64,000 nucleotides of DNA from an uncultured Gammaproteobacteria bacterium (GTDB lineage: Bacteria; Pseudomonadota; Gammaproteobacteria; UBA9214), in the NCBI GenBank assembly GCA_963748215.1, contig CAVVHS010000009.1, positions 384,001 through 448,000 of the forward strand. Reading direction: 5' to 3'. Below are positions 22,801 through 31,864 of the stretch, in pieces. The notes below the pieces were generated by a model that did not search any database, was not told where the DNA came from, and saw only the letters and a list, made by a program, of their open reading frames with translations. The position numbers were made by a program, and so were the translations under genes. Positions within the stretch are counted from its first letter, which is position 1, and each line of letters starts with the position of its first letter.

Positions 22801-23019
22801 CCGTTGATCGGCATTTTCCAGCGGTGCGGCGACCGTTTGCTCGAGGATCTGCGCCGAAGCGCCGGGGTAGATCGCCCGCACCGTGACCACCGGCGGTGCG
22901 ATTTCCGGGTACTGCGCGATCGGCAGGATGCGCATCGACAGCACGCCGGCCAGTACGAGGAAGATCGACATCACCGCCGCGAAGATCGGACGGTCGATAA
23001 AGAAGCGCGACAGCACCAT
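19828..23019 (-). pseudogene. HAE1-family RND efflux permease (AcrB/MexB-like), broken by many frameshifts
   Basis: [50 protein letters not shown] and RFRPILMTSLAF motifs are spread over many overlapping frames. Confidence 0.85.
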
Positions 23020-24263
23020 CAGGGCGCCTCGTTGTCGATGGTCTGCGTCGTGGCGTCCTGTGCGGGGGGGGTGGTCCCGGCCGGTTGCGGCATGATCGGC
23101 ATCCCGGGGAAGAATATGCGCGCCGTGCCGTCAGTTACCACCTGGTCGCCCCGGGTGAGACCCGAGCGGATCACCCAGAGTCGTTCGACGCCTTTGGTGC
23201 CGGATTTTTCCACCCACTGGCCGACCTCGACCGGCTTTGGCTGCGCGACTGTCATGCCATTCTCACCCTGGCCGGCGACGTAAACGAACTTGCCGCTGGC
23301 GTCCTCCTGTACTGCCCGCTGCGGTACCGCCAGGGCGCCGGGAAGGATTGCGCCTTCGATCCGGACCCGCACGAACTGGCCGGGACTGAGCTTCGCGTCA
23401 GGGTTTGGCAGTGTTGCCCGAACCGAGAAGGCGCCGGTTTGCGGATCGGTGCGGTAATCATTGAAATCGACCTGTCCGGCCAACGGGTAGGGCGTGCCGT
23501 CGGCGAGCCGCACCTCGACCCGGGTCTGATCGGGCGGGGACATGACCAGGCTGCCATCGGCCAGTTGTCGGTCGATGGTCAATCGATCGTTTTCGGCGAT
23601 GGAGAAATTGACATACAACGGATCGATCTGCGCGAGCCGGGCCAGCGCCCCGGATGTCGGTGACACCAGCGCACCCTCGACCTGCAAGGCGCGTCCGATG
23701 TGGCCGGAGATCGGCGCAGTGACGTTGGTGTAGCCGAGTTCGAGCGTTGCCTGTGTCAGTTCCGCATCGGCGACGGCGACGGCGGCGCGGTTGAGATCGC
23801 GGTTCGATACGGCATCATCCAGTTCGCGCTGGCTGACGGTCTGTTTGTTGGCGAGTGGTGCGAGACGTTTTACATCGCGTTCGGCCTGAACCAGGCGTGT
23901 CCGGGCCTCCGCCAGCGCCGCTTCCGCCGCCTGCTTGCGCGCGGCGAACGGCGCGGCGTCGATGCGGAACAGGGACTGGCCGGCATCGACGCGGCCGCCT
24001 TCCTCGAACAGCCGTTGCTCGATCAGTCCGGTGATCTGCGGTCGGATCTCGATTTCGCGCGAAGCTTCCAGTCGGCCGACATACTCGAATTGTACAGGCA
24101 GGTCCTGTGGTTGCAGTTCGAGCACGGTGACCTGTTGCGGGGGTGACGCACCGCCGCCTTCCGAGGGTTGTGATTCACTCTTGCCGCAACCGGCCAGTTG
24201 CAGTGCGAGAAGGGCGCTCGCCAGGGTTGCCATAACGGCGAAGCTGCGCAGAACTGTCATCAT
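23019..24263 (-). CDS. RND efflux periplasmic adaptor (MFP) lipoprotein
   Basis: Lipobox [28 protein letters not shown]; RBS gaggag upstream of the ATG at 24263. Confidence 0.9.
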   Translation of the reverse strand: MMTVLRSFAVMATLASALLALQLAGCGKSESQPSEGGGASPPQQVTVLELQPQDLPVQFEYVGRLEASREIEIRPQITGLIEQRLFEEGGRVDAGQSLFRIDAAPFAARKQAAEAALAEARTRLVQAERDVKRLAPLANKQTVSQRELDDAVSNRDLNRAAVAVADAELTQATLELGYTNVTAPISGHIGRALQVEGALVSPTSGALARLAQIDPLYVNFSIAENDRLTIDRQLADGSLVMSPPDQTRVEVRLADGTPYPLAGQVDFNDYRTDPQTGAFSVRATLPNPDAKLSPGQFVRVRIEGAILPGALAVPQRAVQEDASGKFVYVAGQGENGMTVAQPKPVEVGQWVEKSGTKGVERLWVIRSGLTRGDQVVTDGTARIFFPGMPIMPQPAGTTPPAQDATTQTIDNEAP

Positions 24264-24556
24264 GCCGGAGTCTCCTCGACGGGATTCATCCGGCTCAGTT
24301 CCCGGATGCGGTCGTTGCGGTCCACTTGTGTCGCCGCAGGGACGCTGTGAGTTCTGCGCTGCCAAAAACATGGATATCCATCCCGGGTAACCGCTTGAGC
24401 CTGTTGGCCTCTTCAGGAAGATTGTACTGTACCATCCGGAAATTCTTCCATGGCACGAAGTGCAGGGCGAATTTCAGCCCAGGCGGAAGGGTGGCAGCGT
24501 CTAGACCGTGGCATTGTGTGTTCCATCTGGCGGAAGCTGATGAATCCATGCAGGTA

Positions 24557-24779
24557 TTTTTCGGGACCCGGTTATGCACCGTCCTGCATCGTGGAGCCTT
24601 GGTCGAAACAGTAAATTATTGAATAAAAAGGCTTATAAATTGCCTTTCTGTCCTGTTGATCCGATGGTCGCTGGCTCGAGCCGCGGCCGACGCCGTCGGT
24701 CGGGACATCGGCATCGCACAAGCGATGCTGACCCCGAAGGAGCTAAGGTGCGGCCCGGGTAATCCAGCACGACCCACCA
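24557..24779 (+). mobile_element. Second att-like relic: tRNA-Lys 3' half (24653-24779) with an 82-nt T-loop insertion
   Basis: gatccgatggtcgctggctcga [insert 24680-24761] atccagcacgacccacca. The T-stem GCTGG/CCAGC is intact and the acceptor strand ACGACCC-A-CCA matches tRNA-Lys. Confidence 0.7.
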
Positions 24780-24923
24780 TTTAATCAATATGTTTTGAAG
24801 TAGAGCTTCAGATCCTGTTTCTCATGCAGGTGCTATATATACAACCCGTGAAGTCATGAGCTATATGCAGCCGGCCGTTCACCGTCATGAAGCGGATGAG
24901 CCGATATGGCCGGTAGTCGCCAA

Positions 24924-25928
24924 TCAGGAACGATGAAGCACGATGCGATAATGTGCCTGCCCGCTCCTTAATCTGGTAATCGCCTCGTTGACGTCATCCA
25001 TGCTGAATTGCTCGATCACGGGCCTGATGTTGTGGAGTCTGGCGAATTCAAGCATCCTGGCAATGGTTGACGGGCTGCCGACCGGAGAGCCGGATACCGA
25101 TTTTTGCCCCATGATGAGTGAAAACACATTGATATCGAGTGGTTCCAGGGTGGCACCGACGAAGTGTAAACGGCCGCGGGCATTCAGCGTGCCGAGATAG
25201 AGACTCCAGTCCAGCTTGACGTTGACCGTGGAAATGATCAGGTCAAAGCGACCTGCTGCCGCCTCGAGTGTACCCTGATCCCGGGAGTCCAATGTCTGGT
25301 GAGCGCCCAGGCCCAGCGCTTCTTTCCTTTTTGCTTCGCTGGAGGTAAATGCCGTCACCTCGCAGCCCCATGCATTGAGAAACTGCAGCGCAAGGTGGCC
25401 GAGACCGCCGATGCCGATCACCGCCACCTTGTCGGTGGGTTTGATGTCGAACTGTACCAGCGGATTGAAAACAGTAATCCCGGCGCAGAACAGCGGACCG
25501 GCAGATTCCGGTTCAATACCATCCGGAATCGGAACGACACTGTTGGCATCCGCGCGCACCCTGTCGGCAAAACCGCCGTGATGACCGATGATGGTTGGTT
25601 GTGCGGTGGTGCACAGGTTCTGGTCGCCGCTCTGACAAAGCGCGCAATCGTTGCAGTAGCCGGCATGCCAGCCCAGCCCCACTCTCTGGCCGACCTGCAG
25701 ATGTTTAACCTGGTCGCCGACTCTGGCAATACTGCCTACCACTTCGTGCCCGGGCACGACGGGATACTCGGTCATTCCCCACTCGTTGTCGATGACACTC
25801 AGATCACTGTGGCAAATCCCGGTGTAGTGAACATCGATTTCGACTTCACGGGATTTCAAATCACCGGGATCGTACTCGAAGGGTTTGAGTTCTCCCCCGG
25901 GTTCAAATGCTGCAAAGGCTTTGATCAT
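24924..25928 (-). CDS. ahr: Zn-dependent NADPH aldehyde reductase/alcohol dehydrogenase (Ahr/YjgB-like)
   Basis: GICHSD, PGHEVVG, CNDCALC..C structural Zn site, GIGGLG, AHYRIVL C-terminus. Confidence 0.85.
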   Translation of the reverse strand: MIKAFAAFEPGGELKPFEYDPGDLKSREVEIDVHYTGICHSDLSVIDNEWGMTEYPVVPGHEVVGSIARVGDQVKHLQVGQRVGLGWHAGYCNDCALCQSGDQNLCTTAQPTIIGHHGGFADRVRADANSVVPIPDGIEPESAGPLFCAGITVFNPLVQFDIKPTDKVAVIGIGGLGHLALQFLNAWGCEVTAFTSSEAKRKEALGLGAHQTLDSRDQGTLEAAAGRFDLIISTVNVKLDWSLYLGTLNARGRLHFVGATLEPLDINVFSLIMGQKSVSGSPVGSPSTIARMLEFARLHNIRPVIEQFSMDDVNEAITRLRSGQAHYRIVLHRS

Positions 25929-26055
25929 GATGATTTTCCTCTTGTCGGGATCGATGTTTGAAAAAGATGCCGGTGACGTGATGCCAGTTCACTGGCGCAA
26001 GGATATCCGGGTGCATTTTCTGTCTATATATTGAGAGCAACGTGCCCGGGCACCG

Positions 26056-27411
26056 TTATTTGTAAAGAAACCGTTCAAGGATAGCCCGTACATCGATATT
26101 TGCACGCAGGCGTGCTGCCAGCAGGTACAGCCCGCCAAGCTTGCGGTGCAGAAACACGGCATCGGCGGGCGGCGTGTGCCAGTAGCCCTGATCGAGGCTC
26201 AGTGCCATTCCGGCGTCGCGTATGCGCACGGCCAGGTCACTGGTGCCAAAGTCAAAGCGGCCGCGCGTGCGGGCCGGCTCGGTGGCCAGAACGAACAGCT
26301 CCATGACCGCCGCGTGCTGGTGTGCATGGATATCCTCCCGGAAATAACCGATCGCCTCTGCGCTCTCGGTCATGGCCTTATGGTCCTCGCGCAACGCCGC
26401 CTCGAGCAGTCCCCGGTAGGCTGCGATGACTGCGCCGGAATAACGCCTGGTGGCGCCGAAGTCCAGTAAACCGATCTGACGGGTGTCGGCGTTGTACAAA
26501 TAATTCGCAAAGTTGGGGTCGGTTTGAATCATCCCGAACTCGAAGAGTTCCCGGAAAAACAAATCGAGCAGCAAACCGGTGACGCGATCGCGTGTCGCCC
26601 GGGCGGCACTGGCCAGGGACTCGATGGGCTCCCCTTCCAGGAAGTCCATGGCGAGAATGTTTTCCCGGGTGAGGTGCGCCTCGACGCCCGGCACCCGGAA
26701 CGCCGGTGTATCTTTCAGCCACTCCGAGAAGTGTCGCAAATGCCCGGATTCACGCCGGTAGTCGGCTTCCTCGTGCAGCTGTCGCTTGGCTTCCTGCAGC
26801 AGTGGTTTCAGATCCAGTTCGCCGGGTATGAGTCGCGAAATCCTGAGCAGCGTGGCGACATTGTCCACATCGCTGTCGATGCTTTGCCGGATTCCGGGAT
26901 ACTGGATCTTCAGCGCCAGGTGCCGATCGCTTTGCGATACTGCCGCGTGCACCTGGCCGATGGATGCCGCCGCCATCGGCGTAAACGAGAACCGTTTGAA
27001 CTGTTGCTCCCATCCCTTGCCGTACGCCTGCTGCATCACCGCGACCACCTCGCTCATGGGCATGGGCCTGGCATGGGCGCGCAAGCGGGCGAGCAATTCA
27101 GTCAGCTCGGCCGGCAACAGGTTTCCGGCGTCCATGGACAGCAGTTGTCCCACCTTCATGGCCGCACCGCGCAGCTCGGACAGCTTGTCGGCAACGCGAC
27201 GGACATTCGCGGGCGTCAGCACCAGGTCCGCCGGACGGGGGATATTGCCCTGTGCCGCCTGGCGCAGGCCCTCGGCCAGCATGCCGCCAGCGACTCTGCC
27301 GGCCAGCTCGCCCAGGTGTGCCAGGCGCCCGAGCCGGCTGCGGGGCACCGACGATGTCACCACCCTGGCATCATTCACAGTGCGATCGTGTTTTCCGGGC
27401 CCGGTTGCCAT
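26056..27411 (-). CDS. ABC1/AarF/UbiB (COQ8-like) atypical kinase
   Basis: GAAMKVGQLLS (KxGQ), AAASIGQVH, ALKIQYPG, QTDPNFANY, LLDFG. Confidence 0.9.
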   Translation of the reverse strand: MATGPGKHDRTVNDARVVTSSVPRSRLGRLAHLGELAGRVAGGMLAEGLRQAAQGNIPRPADLVLTPANVRRVADKLSELRGAAMKVGQLLSMDAGNLLPAELTELLARLRAHARPMPMSEVVAVMQQAYGKGWEQQFKRFSFTPMAAASIGQVHAAVSQSDRHLALKIQYPGIRQSIDSDVDNVATLLRISRLIPGELDLKPLLQEAKRQLHEEADYRRESGHLRHFSEWLKDTPAFRVPGVEAHLTRENILAMDFLEGEPIESLASAARATRDRVTGLLLDLFFRELFEFGMIQTDPNFANYLYNADTRQIGLLDFGATRRYSGAVIAAYRGLLEAALREDHKAMTESAEAIGYFREDIHAHQHAAVMELFVLATEPARTRGRFDFGTSDLAVRIRDAGMALSLDQGYWHTPPADAVFLHRKLGGLYLLAARLRANIDVRAILERFLYK

Positions 27412-27495
27412 GTCATCTTCAGTCCGGCCGTGACGCCAGGCGCTTCGGCAGTGCCTGCCTTGTGTCATGCTTCAACCGCATTGTCTGAAAGGCAT

Positions 27496-28149
27496 TCAAT
27501 GTCGGGTGGCTGAGCCGGGTGACCTGAATACAGTGTCAAGAATAGCGATGAATGTATCCAGGCGTTCAGCGGGCTGGACGGTTTCCAGCAGCACCTGCTT
27601 GTCTGCTTCGCTGAGCGGCAATGCCATGCTCATGCTGTTGATCAGTTTCACGGTCGACAGGCGTTCGAGCATTGTCCAGTCGACGTCCAGGCCTTCGGTG
27701 CGGAAGTAACCTTGCAGCGTTTTAATCAGGAGACTGTGCGCATTTCTCAGGACATCGCTATCGTCCTTGTAGTCGTCGGCGAAGCGCGACCACCGCGGTA
27801 CGATCAGTCGATAGCCGCGGGTGGTCGGCAGTTCCTCGCCGAGATCGTAGCGGCACACTCCGACCAGCACCAATTCAATCCGGCCGTCGCTGGTTTCGCG
27901 ATATTGGGTAATTCGTCCGGCACACCCCGTGCGGCAGAGTTCGACATCGCCTTTTGCGTTCGGATCCGGCTGGATCATGCCGATCATGCGGTGCTTGCTG
28001 AGCGCATCGCTGACCATGTTCAGATAGCGCGGTTCGAAGATGTTCAGCGGCAGCTCACTGCCGGGCATCACAATCGCTCCGGGCAGCGGAAAGATCGGCA
28101 GGGTGTCGGGTAGTTGATCAAAGGGCACGATAAAGGGACTGTGGCTCAT
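27496..28149 (-). CDS. Lon peptidase N-terminal substrate-binding domain protein (stand-alone)
   Basis: LPIFPLPG, LPLNIFEPRYLNMV, GCAGRI, EKQ-like LLE C-terminus; RBS ggaggagg. Confidence 0.88.
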   Translation of the reverse strand: MSHSPFIVPFDQLPDTLPIFPLPGAIVMPGSELPLNIFEPRYLNMVSDALSKHRMIGMIQPDPNAKGDVELCRTGCAGRITQYRETSDGRIELVLVGVCRYDLGEELPTTRGYRLIVPRWSRFADDYKDDSDVLRNAHSLLIKTLQGYFRTEGLDVDWTMLERLSTVKLINSMSMALPLSEADKQVLLETVQPAERLDTFIAILDTVFRSPGSATRH

Positions 28150-28349
28150 GGTCCTCCTCCTGGGTTGCTTATGACATAACCCGCCGCTGCACCGCTCCGA
28201 GGATCCTGCAGCAGCTCACCGGCACAACGGCCGCCGGCTACTGCGCTGGATCGCAATCGACGGGAGCCCGTTGCACCGGTATCCGGCAAGCCAGTCGATA
28301 CAGGCACGGTTGCGGTAACAGGTTCCAGGGGCCGGCTCGCCGGGCAGTG

Positions 28350-28580
28350 TCAGTTGATGGAGCCTGTGTTCGGATTGTCCGCCATGTCGTCGTAGATCTT
28401 TTTCAGTCCGGACATGGCCTCAGAACCGTGCGTCGGCGTATTCAGGTATTCACGCTTGTTTGCTTCCGATTCGAAGTAGATCTTCAGACTGTTATTACCT
28501 TCGCCTTCCACGACGAATGGCGCATTAGCCAGGTCGGTCACATCGTTCAGCGAAATCGGGTCCAGTGTGGTGGTAATCAT
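28350..28580 (-). CDS. 76-aa hypothetical protein with a cysteine-free YHS/TRASH-like pattern
   Basis: RBS gagagga before the ATG at 28580; MITTTLDPIS...KIYFESEANKREYL; first gene of the Lon-N/ABC1 operon. Confidence 0.7.
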   Translation of the reverse strand: MITTTLDPISLNDVTDLANAPFVVEGEGNNSLKIYFESEANKREYLNTPTHGSEAMSGLKKIYDDMADNPNTGSIN

Positions 28581-28628
28581 TGGCAGGTCCTCTCGATCGG
28601 GTTTCCGGTTCGGGCTCGTTCGAACCGC

Positions 28629-28702
28629 AGTATAGTACAAATGTACAATAAATGTACAATTATAAGTAGAACAAAATGTTGACAGGTACAGATATTTGTA
28701 CA
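28629..28702. promoter_or_regulatory. Divergent promoter with phased TGTACA/TnnACA repeats (CarH/LitR-like MerR operator)
   Basis: TGTACA at 28642, 28653 and 28697; agtaca 28634; agaaca 28668 and TTGACA 28679 (11 bp apart); ggtaca 28685. An AT-rich island between the small ORF and hemH. Confidence 0.7.
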
Positions 28703-28742
28703 ACTATGCAGGTCGGACAGGCCTGACGGAGACAGCCCTATC

Positions 28743-29858
28743 ATGAAATCCAGGTACCACGGACAGCGCGAATTCGAGCACGGACGCATGCCGCGGCTGG
28801 GCGTCGTGCTGGTCAATCTGGGTACGCCGGAATCTCCTACACCGGCGGCCTTGCGGCGCTACCTGGGCGAATTTCTCTCCGATCCCCGCGTGGTCGAAAT
28901 CCCGCGACTGGTCTGGCTGGCAATCCTGCACGGCATCATCCTGCGGGTGCGCCCGAAAAAATCCGCTCGCGCCTATGCCACTGTCTGGACCGAGGCGGGT
29001 TCACCGCTGCGCGCCTTTTCCGAGGCGCTCGCGGAGAAGGTGCGTCAGGAGCTGGAACATCTGGTGCCGGGTCCGGTTTCCGTTGCACTTGCCATGCGCT
29101 ACGGTGAGCCTGCCGTCAACCGCGTGCTCCTCGACATGCAGGCGCAGGGCGTTGAACGGGTAGTGATCGTGCCCTTGTATCCTCAATATTCCGGCGCCAC
29201 GACCGGCTCGGTTGCCGATGCCGTATTCACGAGCCTGAGCCGCTGGCGCTGGGTGCCCGAGCTGCGCTTCATGGGCGCCTATCACGACGATCCGCGCTAT
29301 ATCCAGGCCATTGCCGATTCGGTCCGTACACACCGGGAAACCCACGGTCCGGGTGACAAGTTACTCATCTCCTTTCATGGCATGCCCGCAGCGACACTGA
29401 AAGCCGGGGATCCGTATTTTTGCCACTGCCATAAAACCGCACGCCTGATCGCAGATGAACTCGGTCTCGGGGAACAACAGTGGGAAATGGCCTTTCAATC
29501 ACGCTTCGGGCGTGCGGCCTGGCTGCAACCCTACGTGGTGGAACGACTCGAGGCCCTGCCTGCAGAAGGGGTCAGGCATCTCACGGTTGTGTGTCCGGGC
29601 TTTGCCGCTGACTGCCTGGAGACGCTGGAGGAAATTGCCATGCAGGGACGGGACAGTTTCCTGCAGGCCGGTGGTGAACGTTTTGACTATGTCCCGGCCC
29701 TGAATGCCGGGGCGGCGCATGTACAGCTGCAGGCAGCGCGGATCCTGCAGCATGCCTCGGGCTGGCCCGAAACCAGCGCCGGCTTTGACCCCGTGGCGCT
29801 GGAGACGGCCCTGTCGACCTCCCGAAAACTGGCGCTGGCCGCCGGTGCCAAAGGCTAG
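28743..29858 (+). CDS. hemH: Ferrochelatase
   Basis: LVNLGTP, FLSDPRVVE, LYPQYS..TTGS, SFHG, FQSRFG, WLQPY, DCLETLEEI. Confidence 0.95.
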   Translation: MKSRYHGQREFEHGRMPRLGVVLVNLGTPESPTPAALRRYLGEFLSDPRVVEIPRLVWLAILHGIILRVRPKKSARAYATVWTEAGSPLRAFSEALAEKVRQELEHLVPGPVSVALAMRYGEPAVNRVLLDMQAQGVERVVIVPLYPQYSGATTGSVADAVFTSLSRWRWVPELRFMGAYHDDPRYIQAIADSVRTHRETHGPGDKLLISFHGMPAATLKAGDPYFCHCHKTARLIADELGLGEQQWEMAFQSRFGRAAWLQPYVVERLEALPAEGVRHLTVVCPGFAADCLETLEEIAMQGRDSFLQAGGERFDYVPALNAGAAHVQLQAARILQHASGWPETSAGFDPVALETALSTSRKLALAAGAKG

Positions 29859-30199
29859 TCGAGGTATCCATCGCCCAACGTCGCCGCGTTGCGGGATGTA
29901 TACCAAAACCCTGCCGGTCGTGTGGTGCGGCTTTAGTCCAGTCGCGCCCGGCTTAGGAATCGAAATCTGCACGAACTCGGGTCGCGCCGGCTGCCCGGCA
30001 GCGATGACGGCGCTGGTTATCCAGCAATCCCTGTGACCGTACCCTGAAGCCGTGCAGGGTCGGATTTAAGGGTACGGTCAACAGCAGCACACTTTATTCG
30101 AAATCATTGCTGTCCCGCATACATAGACTGAAAGTACAGTAAGTCCATGAATGAACGCATTGCACGGATCGGTTGAAAGTGACAGGACACGAAAGCTGA

Positions 30200-30222
30200 C
30201 GAATTAATCAGAGATTCCCTAT
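30200..30222. mobile_element. Isolated IS5-like terminal inverted repeat (same family as the 110-bp MITE)
   Basis: gaattaatcagagattcccta matches the MITE right end gaattaatcagagcttcc. Confidence 0.55.
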
Positions 30223-30591
30223 ACATCACTGCATGAACAGTGCGTCCCTTCTCGGCAAATGCTCCATGCGTTACTCTCGACTCTGGCATGGCCCAGGCCA
30301 GCCTCTCGACCCGGGCCGTGCCCGTAATAATGGCTCACCTCCTCCCTGCAGTCGTCTCCCCAACCCTCTCGGCTTTGGCTCCTGCGTCGCACTACCGCCT
30401 CGGTAACTGCTCCATGCGTTACTCAACCTCCTACATCCATGTAGTCGTACGTGCATGCAAGCGTCCCGGAGGGAGAGGGAGTATGCGGGACAGCAGTATC
30501 ACCAACGCCTTTTTCTCGCAATCTCGTGATATCTTCTTTGTAGATGCCGGTTCCAGCTATCCTTCAATCACCCGGGTTCGAGCTGTAAGAC

Positions 30592-31491
30592 ATGAAACTA
30601 TTTTCGTTATTGATGCGATCTGTCCCGCTGCTGCTGCTGTTCGGCAGCCAGGCAGCAACGGCTGATTATCCCATTGAGGTGATCCAGCTCAAATCACGCC
30701 CGCTGGAGGAAATCCTGCCCGTGATCCGGCCCCTGATCGGTGCGGATGGAACTGCGACCGGCATGGGTAACAGCCTTGTCCTCAAGGCAGCGCCGGCGCA
30801 GGTTCGGGAAATCAGAAAACTGCTGCTTGAGATTGACCGGCCGCCCAGGCGCTTGCTGATAACAGTCAGTAAACAGGGTGACAGCGCGCGTGGTTCCTCC
30901 GGCTATTCAGCGGGTGCTGATATCAGGACCGGTGACGGACAAATCAGCATCAATTCGCCGGGGCGTGCTGTTGATGACACGCGTGTCCGTCTGCGTATTC
31001 ATGACTCGAGTGACCAGCGCACGCGTATGTCGGGGCAGCAGGTGCAGGCACTGGAAGGCAGGTCCGCCTTTATCGCCAGTGGTTCACGCATCCCGGTACA
31101 GGATGTCGAGCGTTACCATGTGAATGGACATCTGCACGAGCGACAGGTAACACGAATGCAGGATGCAAGCAGCGGCTTCTACGTGGTACCCCGCCTGAAC
31201 GGCGAGTACGTGACCCTTGAAATCAACCAGCGCGATGACCGTCCCGGCATGCGGCGTGGTGTCATCAGTACGCAGAGTACAGATACGGTGGTGCGCGGCA
31301 GGCTTGGCGAGTGGATCAGCCTGGGAGGAGTCAATACCACCAGCAACAGCCGCCAGGGTGGCCTGGGTCGCTCGCAGGCGTCACAGGAATCGGTCGTGCA
31401 GCAGATCGAGGTAATGGTGGAATGTCTGGATTGCGCAGGGGATGCGGAACGGCATCGCCAGTTGCAGCCGCCATTGCAGGGATCTGAATAG
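30592..31491 (+). CDS. Secreted protein with a secretin N-terminal (NolW-like) domain; short secretin-like
   Basis: Signal peptide, IEVIQLKSRPLEEILPVIRPLI, LLEIDRPPRRLLITV, GFYVVPRL, VRGRLGEWISLGG. Confidence 0.75.
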   Translation: MKLFSLLMRSVPLLLLFGSQAATADYPIEVIQLKSRPLEEILPVIRPLIGADGTATGMGNSLVLKAAPAQVREIRKLLLEIDRPPRRLLITVSKQGDSARGSSGYSAGADIRTGDGQISINSPGRAVDDTRVRLRIHDSSDQRTRMSGQQVQALEGRSAFIASGSRIPVQDVERYHVNGHLHERQVTRMQDASSGFYVVPRLNGEYVTLEINQRDDRPGMRRGVISTQSTDTVVRGRLGEWISLGGVNTTSNSRQGGLGRSQASQESVVQQIEVMVECLDCAGDAERHRQLQPPLQGSE

Positions 31492-31506
31492 CATAACAAT
31501 GATAGG

Positions 31507-31822
31507 ACGTTTGGGGTCGGACCTTTGAGACGTTTGGGACGTTTGGGGTCGGACCTTGCAAACCCCATGAAAACACTCAATATCAGCTTGTGAAAGGGGT
31601 TGTTTCCAGGGCTTGGAGCATCCATTTTGGTGCCCAAATATTGCCTATAAGATGTTAGAGAACCGCGCCATGCGGCAGCATTTTTTAACGAGATGTATCC
31701 GTTAATCCGCATTTCCTTAAACGCTTCATTTTGACCCCGAAAAATATCCGATAAGGCAGTAGTACGACCGAAACTGACAGTTTGTTTAATATATATCAAT
31801 AGGTTGGGTAGGTCCGACCCCG
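31507..31822. repeat. Low-GC element bounded by GGGGTCGGACC...GGTCCGACCCC inverted ends, with an IHF consensus near the right end
   Basis: Left end duplicated (gacgtttggggtcggacctt twice); tatcaataggttg at 31794-31806; homologous to 40506-40795. Confidence 0.65.
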
Positions 31823-31864
31823 ACTTCCATTCCATCACGCCGCCTGACAGCGTATAAAGCGCCT

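Noticed and set aside
16644-24779. Functional tRNA genes
   Set aside because: Only 3' halves are present, the anticodon loops are mutated and the T-loops are interrupted.
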